The notes under the pieces were generated by a model. It saw only the letters and a program-made list of their open reading frames with translations. It was not told where the DNA came from and did no database searches. Shown here one piece after another: positions 29,305 through 48,750 of a stretch of DNA of 64,000 nucleotides; the first letter of the stretch is position 1, and each line of letters opens with the position of its first letter. Source of the stretch: the human T2T-CHM13v2.0 reference genome, Homo sapiens. The stretch lies in the NCBI RefSeq assembly GCF_009914755.1, contig NC_060941.1; one strand, written 5' to 3'. The position numbers were made by a program, and so were the translations under genes.

Positions 29305-29654
29305 GTAGGCGCCACCCACCTCCCTGGCCTGCACCGCTCACCCGCCTCGGGCCTCTGTGCAAACGGGAGGCTCTTGTGTTCCTGCCCCCAGGAGCTGAAG
29401 GAGGGCAGGGGAGGATTTCACTGCTGTGGGGACATAAAAACAAAAGATGTCTGCCCACCACATCCTCCCAGGATAAACTCTCAGGGCCCTGCCAGGCCCG
29501 AGTCCTCAGTGAGAGTGACCAGAGGGTCACACCTGCCCCGAGCCAGCCTGTCCCCGTGGTCTAGCCGGCCTGTCCCCGCGGTCTCGGCATCTGCGCCCAT
29601 CTTCCATCCTCAAAGAAGAGGGCAGTGATGCCGGGACCCTTTCTCTCCCCACAG

Positions 29655-29784
29655 TGGCTCCGTCAATCAGTTCACCGCCATCTACAACAGCAGCGGAGAG
29701 CTCATCAACAACATCAAGTACTACGACGGCTTCATGGGCCAGCGGGTCGGCGCCATCAGCTGCCTGGCCTTCCACCCGCACTGG
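29655..29784 (+). CDS. RPTOR: RPTOR coding exon 33 (GSVNQFTAIYNSSGELINNIKYYDGFMGQRVGAISCLAFHPHW)
   Basis: ccccacag acceptor, GTCAGT donor at 29785; 130 nt. Confidence 0.97.
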
Positions 29785-30102
29785 GTCAGTGTGGCGGTGG
29801 GTGGGGGTCGGGGGTCGGGGGCTGGGGTAGAGGGATGGGAGGCAAGGGGACAAGGCAGCAGGGGTCCTGCCTGGCTACCCCACACCACAGTGGGGCCCAT
29901 TGGCTGCCTGAGGGAGGGACTTGCCTGGGTCCCAGGATCTCTAGGGCCCCTGCCCCACCCTGCACTCGCCCCGGAAGCAGAGCCCCAGTCCCGTCACTCC
30001 GGGAGGAATTGACACACAGTGGCTGGGGCAAAGCTCCTGCCCTCAGACCCTGCACTAAAGCCATCCCTGGGGACCTCCAGGAGAGTCGCTCAGGGTGTCC
30101 AT

Positions 30103-30790
30103 CCCTGTGCGGCCCTCACCCCGTCCCCTGTGCGGCCCTCACCCCGTCCCCTCTGCGGCCCTCACCCCGTCCCCTGTGCGGCCCTCACCCCGTCCCCTCT
30201 GCGGCCCTCACCCCGTCCCCTGTGCGGCCCTCACCCCGTCCCCTGTGCGGCCCTCACCCCGTCCCCTGTGCGGCCCTCACCCCGTCCCCTCTGCGGCCCT
30301 CACCCCGTCCCCTGTGCGGCCCTCACCCCGTCCCCTGTGCGGCCCTCACCCCGTCCCCTCTGCGGCCCTCACCCCGTCCCCTGTGCGGCCCTCACCCCGT
30401 CCCCTGTGCGGCCCTCACCCCGTCCCCTGTGCGGCCCTCACCCCGTCCCCTGTGCGGCCCTCACCCCGTCCCCTGTGCGGCCCTCACCCCGTCCCCTGTG
30501 CGGCCCTCACCCCGTCCCCTGTGCGGCCCTCACCCCGTCCCCTCTGCGGCCCTCACCCCGTCCCCTCTGCGGCCCTCACCCCGTCCCCTCTGCGGCCCTC
30601 ACCCCGTCCCCTGTGCGGCCCTCACCCCGTCCCCTGTGCGGCCCTCACCCCGTCCCCTGTGCGGCCCTCACCCCGTCCCCTCTGCGGCCCTCACCCCGTC
30701 CCCTCTGCGGCCCTCACCCCGTCCCCTCTGCGGCCCTCACCCCGTCCGCTGTGCGGCCGAGTCCTCACCCTGTCCCCTGTGCGGCCGGGC
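30103..30790 (+). repeat. Minisatellite 23 bp x~29 (CCCT(G/C)TGCGGCCCTCACCCCGTC) in the last RPTOR intron
   Basis: Long near-perfect array with two interspersed unit variants. Confidence 0.98.
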
Positions 30791-31195
30791 CCCACCTGCA
30801 CGGCTCTCTGGCCTTGGTTGCAGCCTCCCCACGTGGCTTCAGGCCGTTGTTTTTAGATTAGGATTCTGCCCACCTGCCGCCTTGTGTTGTGAGGCTCCAG
30901 GCATGTAGCTCTGCTGACACGTGTGACATTGGATCCCAGAGCTGCCCCGTGGGGCAGTCCTGAAAAAACCACGCAGGGCCCGGGGCAGCGCCACGCCCCT
31001 CACGGAGTGCACCATGCATGGGCCCTGCAGAGGACTGGTGGGACCGGCCCGGCATTTCTGGGCCTGAGGTGGGCGTGGGGGTTCCTGAGACCCCGGCAGG
31101 AGCTGCCTAAGGATGCGGGTTGGCCTGCGCCCCCCCGCCCCCCGCAGTGTCTGCCCGCACCTGAACCCCTGCTCACCCCTTCTCTCTCCTTGCAG

Positions 31196-31264
31196 CCTCA
31201 CCTGGCCGTGGGAAGCAACGACTACTACATCTCCGTGTACTCGGTGGAGAAGCGTGTCAGATAG
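31196..31264 (+). CDS. RPTOR: RPTOR terminal exon 34, coding part (PHLAVGSNDYYISVYSVEKRVR*)
   Basis: ccttgcag acceptor; TAG at 31262-31264; recognised raptor C-terminus. Confidence 0.97.
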   Translation, partial: PHLAVGSNDYYISVYSVEKRVR

Positions 31265-33305
31265 CGGCGTGACCCGGGCCCACCAGGCCACGGCCGCCTG
31301 CTGTACATAGTGAAGCTGTCACTCGCCGGGGCACGGGGCGTCGGCTGCTGCGGCCCCGCAGTGTGAACGTTGGCTGCTGCCTTAGCTGCTGATGACGGCA
31401 GGAGGGCCCTGCTACTCGCTTTTGTCTGTCTTCGCTGTCGTGTCTGGAATGTCAGGGAAGGGGAGGGCTCGGGTTGACGGTGGCTTCCCACTGAGCACCA
31501 GCATCCAGGTGCACCCCCGCGGCCACGGCGCCTCTGTCCCTCTCCTGTTCTGTGTTTCTCTGAGACGCTGAAAGGGGAAACACCTCACTTTATTTCCATG
31601 TAATCAGAGCATTAGCTGCAGAAAAACCCCCAGACAGAGCCCTGGCGGAGAGGCAGGCGCTGGGGCTCCTACGGGTCCCTGGGGCAGCTGTCCCCATCAG
31701 GCCAAGAGCGAGCGAGAGGCGCTGCCCCAGCCAGGCCCACCACCTCTCACAGTCAGTGCACGCAAGCAGGGACATTTCCTAGCCAGCTGGGGGACACTGG
31801 AAATTCGGGAAACCGAGAGAGGAAGAAGGAGACGCCCCTCCAACTGGCGGGTGTGAAGGAAGCCGCCCAGGGGTCCGGGCTGTCCTTGGCCGCTGGCAGC
31901 ATCACTGAGCAGGAAGCGCACAGCCCACCCTCCCCGCACCTCCAGGTCTCTGGACTCCAGTTTTGGCCCCTCTCACACAGAGCTGTCAGCAGGGGCCGCT
32001 GTGGCGGTGCACAGGGGAGGCAGGTCCTTGGCGAGGTAGCCCCTGCCTTAATCCACGGGGCTCCTTTCCCTCCGAAGGGCTGCTCTTCCCCACAGGCGCG
32101 GGGACAGCAGCCCGACCTGTGGTCTCCATGCCTGTGCCCTCACACAGGTGTAGCACACGCATGTGCAGATGGCACCACGGCCGGCACCTGGGGGCACACA
32201 CATGCAGGCGGCGTGGTCTCCCTGCTCTGTCCCCACACGTTCCTCACATACAGGCAAGAGGCACTGCCGGGTCCCGGACGGCTCCGGGTGACACCAGCCC
32301 CGTCTCCAGCCTTGAGCCGCCCATGCTGATGCGACCTCGGCTGACAGCTGGGCCTGTGGTGCAGACAGGAGCTGTGTGGACAGTCCCGCCCAGGAGGGGC
32401 CGCAGGGCGTGTATGAGCAGTTTTGCAAACAGAACACAACCACAATGATGGTATTTTGAAAAGTGTTCTTTCCGTGTTCGTCGGGAATCAGGATTATTGA
32501 GAGGTGAAGGAGCCAGGTGGCTTCATTCTGGCGGTGAGAGGCCCATGACCACGGGAGTGAGAGCTGGTGTGGCGAGGCCCGGCTCTCCTGCGGTGTGGCT
32601 GGTGGCCTGCCGTGGCCAAGAGCATCTTCTGGGTGGATGGAACCCTGCCTGGTCACATTTGGCCAGAGACACACCTGGCCCTCAGGGGGCTGAGCTGGAG
32701 ACTGAGCTGGGGCTGGCCGGGACGTGACAAGGCAGGACAGAGGCGGCCCCTCCGCTGCTCCTTTTTGGAATGCGAGCTCCCACCAGAAGAAGGTTCCGGC
32801 ACGAATCCCATCCCCACGTCTGGGCCGAGAAAGCAGCCCGGGTCCGGAAGGTGTAGAGAGTCCCGGCCTCACTCAGCTCACAGGGCGTGCCAGGCGGCAA
32901 CACCAGAATCTTCCAGAAGCCCAGCTCCACCCGCACACGCAGCTTCCCATCCAGTCCTTCAACTCAATTCTTACCCAACACGCGTTTCCGTTTGTTTTGA
33001 GACAAAATCACCACCTGTCAAAAGGCAGGTGGCTCCAGAGGGGTCAAGACCCCCCCCCCCCGCCCCCGCTCCACCCTGGAGCCCACCCCCATGGGCACTG
33101 CGTGCCGCCTGCACGTGGGCTGTCTTCACAGGTCTGATGTGAAAATTCAATCACGACGTTAACCGGCTCGAGAGAGCGCCGGCCTAGAGGCTCATTATCT
33201 ATTTATTTTACCAAACGCGAATTGAGACGGACTTTGACAAAACACGAAATGGTAATGTGAAGCTAAGAGCAGAGAGTGACCAACAGTAAACAACACGCGC
33301 AGACT
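31265..33305 (+). other. RPTOR: RPTOR 3'UTR (~2 kb, GC-rich, repeat-free)
   Basis: Follows the stop codon; 3' end placed just after AGTAAA at 33285-33290 (inferred). Confidence 0.8.
33285..33290 (+). terminator. Probable RPTOR polyadenylation signal (variant AGTAAA)
   Basis: No AATAAA/ATTAAA seen in the UTR; U-rich upstream element (~33194-33210) and GU/U-rich downstream element (~33318-33330). Confidence 0.65.
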
Positions 33306-33679
33306 CCGCGGCTGGCGGCTGTGTCTTTAAGGAAACTGCCCACCCCACCGCAGGGGGGCATCGGTCAGAGCAGAGCTCTGGGGGGTGGGGGGACGTTGCC
33401 CGGGTCCCCCCTGCTGTCCCCAGGGCCACCAGCAGCTCTGCGTCCCGGGTGCTCTCCAGGCAGGCACTGTGGCCACAGGGGACCTGGCACGTCGAGTGTG
33501 CAAAGGTCTCGGTCCTTTTCTCCCAGGCAGTGCCCCCAGCCCTGTGGCGCAGACCCCACATCAGGGAGCGTACTGTGTGGCAAGAGCCATCTTGTGACGT
33601 AGGCCAGACACGTGTCTTTCTCTTTAAAATGACGGTTATCCTCTCACGGTTAGAGGCCCCATTCAAGTCTGCATTGAAA

Positions 33680-35510
<1,831 letters not shown>

Positions 35511-36464
35511 GCTGCCAACCAACCCCTGTCTACAAGCCAAAGAGCATCCCACCAGGTAGAGCCCACGAACACTCAGGGGTCTTGGGCAGGAGGTGGGTGG
35601 ACACAGGGCGGGAAGGAGATGCTCAGTGGGGTTGGGGGAAGCACCGGCCGCGATGGGCCTCCCAGATCTCAGGGCCAAGGCATGGGAAGCTGGCACCATG
35701 TCCGGGTCCTTGGGGCTGTCGGTAAACAAGTGGATCCCCCATGACACAGCAGCTGCTCCCAAGCCCCAGCCGGGGCCGGAACACAGGGCACGAGCAGTTG
35801 CCATGGAATCCTGGAATCCCGCGCTGAATTGCAGTTTGTTTCAGGCAAGGACGCCCGGCACTCACGCAGCTGTGCCAGGCGGGCTCCTGTTGAGAGAGTC
35901 ATATTTTTCCCATTAGCACCAGTTTTTCTGTCACCGAGATGAGTACAAATCGAGTTCTTGTAAACATGGGGATGGGCACGCTGTAGAAGCCAGCCTCAGG
36001 GGAGGCCAGGGCTGAGCCAGGCCCACACCTGCCCCTGCCACTGCCAGACCCCGTGTAGTTGTGGTGAAGGGGCCAGGCCTGGTGATGCCATGTGGAGGAA
36101 TGCTCAGCCTTCTGGCGAGGGGCCGGTGAGGGCCAGGGGTGGCCATGGGGGCTCCTGCTCAGCATGGCTCTGCTGGGTGAGACTGCAGGCACCTGCCAGA
36201 TGGGCAGCTGTGGCTTCCAACACACGTCTGTGCCTGGCCCCCTTCCAGGGGTCTCGGCGGATAGCCCTCGGGAGGCGGCAGAGCAGTTGGCCTCTGGGGG
36301 TCTGTGTCTCAGACTCAGTTACCGGGTGGTCCGGAGCCCACACGTCCCCAGACAGGACAGAGCCTCAGAGTCAGGCACAGACCAGGAAGGAACCCTTGAA
36401 GGACACAGGGCGGGCGGGGAGGCCAGAGTGGGGGCCGAGCAGGACCTCCCACATCCGCCTGCGG

Positions 36465-36800
36465 AAGCCCCAGTGCCCGGAACCCCTGCACCCGGGCCTG
36501 CGGCTGTATTTGGAGACAGGGCCTTTGCACGGGTGAGTATGGTGAAATGAGGTCACCAGGGTGGCCCCAATGCAGTAGGACTGGTGTCCTTATAAGAAGG
36601 AAGATTAGGACACAGCTGTGCACAGAGGGACGGCCACACGAGGACACAGCCTACCTGCCAGGGAGAGTGGTCCCGGAAGAAGATAGCCAAGAGGCCCCTC
36701 TGTCTCCAAGTCCAGCCTCCAGACAGGGCGGGTGGAGAGGGAATACAGGCCTGCCGCTCAGGCTGCCGGGCCCACGGTGGTTTGCTTGGTGGCCCTGGGA
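36465..36800 (+). mobile_element. MaLR LTR (MLT1A-like)
   Basis: gtatttggagacagggccttt…aaatgaggtcaccagggtggcccc…gactggtgtccttataagaagg. Confidence 0.7.
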
Positions 36801-39690
36801 CACTGGCGCCACCATGGCACCTCCAAGCCCCAGCCTGTCCCTCACTTTAATGTGGGGACAGTTACTGCAGGCATGAGTGCTGTGAGCACCAAACAAGACC
36901 ACAGAAGCTTCCAGAACAGCACTGGCACCAGGGAAGCACCCAATGGACACTGTCCGAGGTCACCTGAGGACTTCACAACTGCGGGTGCCACAGGGCTTGG
37001 GAGCTGGGAAGAACACAGCTCTTTGCCACAGCTCAGCCGATGTCAAGCCCCAGGGCTGCATGGTACCCGCCTGGACCATCAGAGGAGAGCAGACCCTGAG
37101 CTGGGCCTGGTCACCTGGTGCCACCCAGCTGAGGCCATGTCCTGTCGGTGGCTCCTGAGCTGGAGGAGGAAGAGCCCAACCACATGGGCCCTGCCTGTCC
37201 TTCCCCCTCCTCCACCTTGGGAAAGAACCTCACTGCAGCTGTTGGGGCGGCTTCCCTGCCCATCCCATCCTCCCTCCGGTGCCCACCCCGTCCGCCTGAC
37301 TGCCGCCTCCTCTACATAATGAGCTAGAGGGTCCCTCCTCCTGAGCTCCACAGTCCCTGCGCTGGCCCTGCCGTCCCAGGAGCAGGAGCAGCCACAGGGC
37401 TCCTGGGGCTCTGAGGCTCCATCCGCTGTTGTGTGACCCAGGCACAGTGTCCACGGAACACAGGACGAGAGTTACACACCCAGCCCCGCCACACCACTGT
37501 GAGGACAGAGAAGGCATGGCGTGACCTGCCACCTGGTGGAGGGCTGCGACCATGGAGGGTGCTGGATGCACCTACCCTGCCCTGCTGCCTGGAAGGGGGT
37601 CTCTGCTCCCCAGGGCCGGGGGACCATGAGTTCACCTCTGTCATCAGTGTCAGCATGACAAACCCCACTGGTGCCGCTCACAGCAGGATCCCACATCCCA
37701 GGCCAGCCCCCTCTGCCATGCCACCTACCTCACAGCCAGAGGTGGGAACAGCAACTCTGGGGAGAACTGAGGGTGCTGTGGCCACCGGGTCCCTGAGGCT
37801 CACGGAGGAGAGTGAGGCGAGGAGAACCATGGAGCTGGGCCCTGCCTTGGGAACCAAGCACTCGCCCTTTGCAGCTGCAGAGCCGTCCTGATGGGCAGGC
37901 GGGGGCGGGGTCGCTGTGTAGCTGTGCAGAGAGCGCTCCGAATGGGGGTCTGTCACCAGCTCCCAAGCTCGTGGGTTCTCCCAAGATTCTTGTGGCACAT
38001 GATTCATTGCCTTTCTTAACAGCATCGCTGAAAGGAGAAAAGGCCCTTTGGAAATTGATTGCAGTCCCTGGATGTGTCTCTTGGAGCACATGTCCCTCGG
38101 TTCCCACTTGGCAAACCAGGCTTCATGTCCCCAAGACAGGGCCAGGCAGCCCATGCGCTCCACCCCCTCCCCCGCCAGCCTGCACATCCTCCCCCATCGT
38201 CCATGCAGCCCCCCAGACGCCCGCTGTCCCCGGCCCTGGGTCCTGACGTGGCGGGAAAGGCAGTTCAGGACCCCCCACCTCCCACCTCCCTATCCGAAAC
38301 CCAGCCCTCACTCCCCAGAAGGCCATCACTGCAGCGTCCTCCAAACAGCCTGTGGCCCCACAGGCATGCTCTGAGTTTGCTTCCAGGGGCCAGGAAGTGA
38401 GGAGCCCCCAGTGCTGAGGCCAGGGACACTCATGCAGGGCTCATGGCCACCAGCGACAGCCACCAAGGTCACTGCCCAAGGCTGCTTGAGCCATCCTGCC
38501 AGGTGGCCTCCTGGGCCCAGAAGGCTGATGTCACCCACGGCTCAGCATCGGAGGGCAGATGCCATCTGATGAGGTCAGAAGAACTGCCCAGACCCCAGGA
38601 CCCCCACTCAGATCCCCACAGCCTGGTGAGGTACAGAACCACAGCCGCATCTGCAGGGGGAGGCGCAGGAGTACTCAGAGCTGTGGGTTCCCCTCTGGCC
38701 TCCCCTCGGAGGCTCTCCCGGCTGCCCTCCAGGGTCATCCACCATCCACCGCAGGCGAGCTGGAGGGGTGGATGGGAAGGCTTTGCCTGAGGGTGTAAGC
38801 CCCCAGGGCCCTCCAGGGAGGACAAGCTGCGCGGCCGGGAAGCTCCGCAGCCTCCAACCCAGGGCTGGCAGGAGCTGGGGGCTGGGGGCTCCCCACATGG
38901 GGTCCCAGGCTCACCTCCCAGCAGGGGGAGGCCCAGAGAGCTGCCCGCACACCCTCACCAACTGCTCCCCAGTCCTGGCCCCTGCCTGGCTCACCGTGGT
39001 CAGTTTGCCCCCACAGAGAACCAGCCCCCAACTGCCAGCTGCTTCCACCTTCAGCAGCTGCTGGGGGCCAACCAGGTTCCACCCTGTAGCCAGGGGCTCC
39101 TCCAAACCCAGCGATGGGGGAGCCAGCCCTGAAAGCACCAGCCCCAGGGCAGCACAGGGCCTGTCACAGGCCCCCAGCAAGCAGCCCGGGATCCAAGGTG
39201 CCAGGGAGTCCAAGAGCAAGGCACACTGGGTTTACCAACCACAACCCCCTCCATGCCCTCTGTGTTAGAAAAAGAAAGAAGAAAAGGCAGCAAACTCAGA
39301 CTGTGGAGCGGGAGCAGCCACCACCTGCATGGAGCAGAGGCCCAGGTGGGCATGGGGATCTGGACCAGCAGAGCCTTCCTGGGCTGCGCACCCCATCCAC
39401 GTGGGAGACAAGAGCTTAAGGGCTCCCAGAAAGGCTCCCAACCATAGCAGCAAGGAGGGGCTGGATGCAGGAGAGCCACAGAGTTTGTCGCTGGTACAGT
39501 GGCATGACCTGCCTTGCAGGAGGAGGTGCCTGTGGGCGGTAACACAGCCGCCCCCATCTTCATACTCTGAGCCCAGCTTCTCCCCTAACTGGAAGACCCA
39601 GATGAGGCACTGCTGTCAACCCAACTGGCTATGAAAGCCCTGACCACGTGCAGGATGCCCATCCTCACAGCCTGTAAAGGGAGGAGACCG

Positions 39691-40712
<1,022 letters not shown>

Positions 40713-40749
40713 ACGGGTTTGTTTTTGTTTTACTTTTAAAAACTTTTTG

Positions 40750-44830
<4,081 letters not shown>

Positions 44831-44831
44831 G

Positions 44832-45300
<469 letters not shown>

Positions 45301-45491
45301 AAACTAGTTAATTGCAGGTTATATGAATTCCACTTCCATTCTTTTTCATTGACAAAAATACAAACTGACGCCAGAGAATGCGGCTCCGGTCATGCCTTTG
45401 GTCCCTCCAGGTTCAAGCGAGAGGATTTGCTGTGAGAAACAGAAGTCTCTTAAGAGTGTTAAGAGTGCAACCTGAGAGGGAGGGTGCCCAC

Positions 45492-45857
45492 TGTTGTGGT
45501 CTGAACATCGTGTCCCTCCAAAACCCCTGTTGGCACCGAATCCCCAGTCTAGCGTATTAAGAGGTGGGGCCCTTCCGGGTAATTGGGTCATGAGGGCGCC
45601 TCCCCTGTGAGCGGGATTAAGGCCTGTGTAAGAGGCTTCACACCTCAGCTCCCTTTTGCTGTCCTGCCTCCCGCCATGGGGGGACACAGAGCTCAAGGCG
45701 CCATCGTGGAAGCAGAGAGCCGCCCTCCCCAGGCACGGGAATCCAGCACCTTGACCTTGGACTTCTCAGCCTCCAGAACTGCAAGAAAGAAATGTCCATT
45801 GTTCATAAATTACCCAGTCTCCGAATTCTGTTACAGCAGCATGAACAGACTAAGACC
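45492..45857 (+). mobile_element. MaLR solo LTR (MST-type)
   Basis: tgttgtggtctgaac…ttggacttctcagcctccagaactg…ataaattacccagtctc…gcagcatgaacagactaagac. Confidence 0.85.
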
Positions 45858-47401
45858 CAAGAACTCGCCAAGGACCGTAAGGGGCCCGGAGTCGTGAGAC
45901 ACAAATTCAGGCCTGGAACAGCCCAGAGAAACAGGCGGACATCAGGCAGCCCCAGGGACCCGCTGCTCTCATGGTCACGAGGCTAGCAGCCCGGCCTCCA
46001 GCTCTGTAATCCCCTCATCTCTGGGGGAAGTCACCTGGAGGGGCCCCTGTGGCCAGGACTGAGGCCTCCTGCCCACAGCCACTCAGATGAGCATGGAGGC
46101 GACTCTGGCAGCCTCCCAGGCTTGAGATGAACCCGGCCAGCAGCTGAGCTGCAGAATTCTGACTCCAGGGGCAGCCTGTGCCACACACATTCATCGTCTA
46201 TCACACGCGAGAAGTGACCCAAGGACTCAGCAGCTGAAAGCAGCCGACATCATCCCACACACTCCCAGGCCAGGAGACCGGAAGCGGCTCAGCAGGAAGC
46301 CGGGCTCAGGTCTCCCGGGGGTGGCCATCCAGCTGTCAGCCAAGATGGAGGCCACCGTGCCATTAATGACCCAATCTCAAAAGTGACCTGCCATCACTCT
46401 CCTCTGCCCTTGGTCACTCAGACCAACCCAGCGCAGTGTGTGTGGGGACGCAAGGACCGTTTGAGGGCCTGTGGCAGCCTCCTGTGTCCGTAGCTGATGT
46501 GAGCTCATCCCACCTCCCCGGGCTTCTTCCTGCCCCAAGCCTGGCCTTCTCACCCCCTTCCTGGCTCTCTTCAAGCCATCCCACCCAGCATCCTTCCTGA
46601 CCTTCAGACCACAGGCATAGCTCACCCAAAACACACCCTCCAGGCCTCAGTGGCCCCCCTCCTGGGCGCTCATGTCCCCTCAGGCGCGTGAGCCTCCCAG
46701 CCGCCTGATTCCGGCCACCACCATCACTCCCGGGGGGCCGCTGCAGCTGCCTGCCTGGCAGTCCCAGCTCCACCCAGCACAGGCCGCTTTACTCCTCCCT
46801 GCCTCAGTTTCTCCCGTGGAATGCAGACGGTCCCCCATCCTCCTGGAAGGCTGGCTGTGTGGGATCTGGGGCAGTAGTGTGTGTGCAGCCTGTGACCCCT
46901 GGGTCGGCCGATGTCATCTCCCAAGTGGCGCCACGTCTGCCCAGGGGCTTAGGCCAAAGGCTGACCTCGCCTTCATGCCCCTTCCCCTCAGGGCCGCTCC
47001 TGCCCATCCAGCAGCTCTCACCGGGTCGACCCGTGGCCTTCAAGCCTGTTTCCCACCGCGACCCCTTCTCCCCAGGGGGAGCAGCCAGGATGAAAACCCA
47101 AGTGAGGTCAGTCCCTCCTGGGCAAGGGCCAAGCGCTTCCGGCTGTCCGAGAACAGGGGCGGACCAGCCCCAGGGCTGCCATGCCCCACCCACCATCCAG
47201 TCCTGGCACTGCACTGTCACCCCGCTGTCCTTCTATCTGGGGTTCAGGCTCCTGAGATCAGATGCCACATCCTCAACTACCCACCCAACATCCCTCCAGC
47301 CCAGCACCACCTCCATTCCCCTGTGTCCCTTGTCATATGCAAACTCCATGACAAAGGGACTGCAGTTCTCAGAGCAGGGCCTGCCCATGGTAGGCGCTGA
47401 A

Positions 47402-48036
47402 GGAATGAATGAATATGAATGAGTGTATGAGTGAGTGAGTGAGTGAGTGAGTGAGCGAATGAGTGGGTGAAAAAGTTAATGAGCAAGTGTATGAATGGGT
47501 GGGTGTGTGAGTGGGTGGGTGAGTGGGTGGGTGAATGGGCGGATGAGTCAAAGAATGAGTCAGTGAATGAGTGTGTGAGTGAGTGTGTGTGTGTGAGTGT
47601 GTGTGTGAATGAGTGGGTGAATGAATGAGTGTGTGAGTGAATGAGTGGGTGAATGAGAGGATGAATGAATGAATGAGTGAAGGAGTGGGTGACTGAGTGA
47701 ATGAGTGAGGGAGTGGGTGAGTGAATGAATGAATGAGGGAGGGAGGGAGTGAATGAGTGAGTCAGTGAGGGACAGAGAGACGGAGTGAGGGAGTTAAAGA
47801 GTGGGTGAATGAGTCAATGAGTGAGAGAATGAATGAGTAAATGAGTGAGCCAGTGAGGGACGGAGGGAGTGAGTTAATGAGCAGGTGAATGAATGAGTGA
47901 ATGAGGAAGTGAGTGAATAAGCGGGTGAATGAATGAATGAGGGAGGAAATGAATGCGCAGGTGAATGAATGAATGAATGAGTGAAGAGGGAGGGAGGGAG
48001 CAGGTGAATAAATGGATGAGTGAATGAGTGAGGTAG
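47402..48036 (+). repeat. Low-complexity (GAAT/GAGT/GGGT)n tract
   Basis: ~630 bp nearly C-free on the + strand. Confidence 0.95.
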
Positions 48037-48049
48037 TGACTTCATCAAG

Positions 48050-48750
48050 CCCCGCAGGTCCCGCAGCCACAGGGCCTCCCACTCCCCGTGCCCCCGCCCC
48101 CGCGCCCCCGCGGGTTTCCGGGACCCCAGTCTCTGCTGCCCTCCGCGCAGGAGCCTGCACAGGGTAGGGGCCCGCGAGGACCCCGGGGCGGCCTGCCGAG
48201 GTCTGGGGGCCTCCCTTAGGGGTCTGCGGGTCTCTCCCGCAGGGGTGTGGGGTCCTGCCTCCTCCGGGCTGAGGTCCTCCCACCGGGGTCCGGGGTCCCG
48301 CCTGCGGGGTCCGGGGTCTCTCCCACCGGGGTCTGGGGGCCGCCCCAGCTGCGAGGGCCGCCGGCTTCCCCTGTCCTGCAGCGCCACCGCGTGGCCGCCG
48401 CGGCCGCTGCTCCTTCCCCTGGCGCGGGGGTCGCCGCTGCCAGCCGGGGCGGGACAGGCTGCTGGGACGTCAGCCCCGAGGCCCCGCGCCACCCCTTCCT
48501 GCCCCATTTCTACCGCAGCTCTCAAGCACCCAAAAGATGTCTTCGCCCTTAACCCCCTGCAGCCCAGCGCCCCCACTCCACGGGTCTCTGAGGGTCCCCA
48601 GCAAGCAGGGTCTTCCCTCTGGGCCACCCGGCCCTCCTCTGGGAGCAGCCCACTTCTCCCCGGCGCTGCCGCAGCCCCTCCGAGGACACCTTCTCTTCCC
48701 TAGGCCGCCCATTGCCGCGCCCCAGGGAGTGTCTGCAGCCACGGGTCCCT
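48050..48750. promoter_or_regulatory. Orphan intergenic CpG island
   Basis: Dense CpG and GC, no repeat similarity, no recognised exon. Confidence 0.75.

Noticed and set aside
29625-30908. 427-aa, 280-aa and 253-aa ORFs
   Set aside because: They are translations of the stop-free 23-bp minisatellite; the real exon 33 is in another frame
47762-48703. HSF-rich and Pro/Gly-rich ORFs
   Set aside because: Simple-repeat and CpG-island translation artefacts
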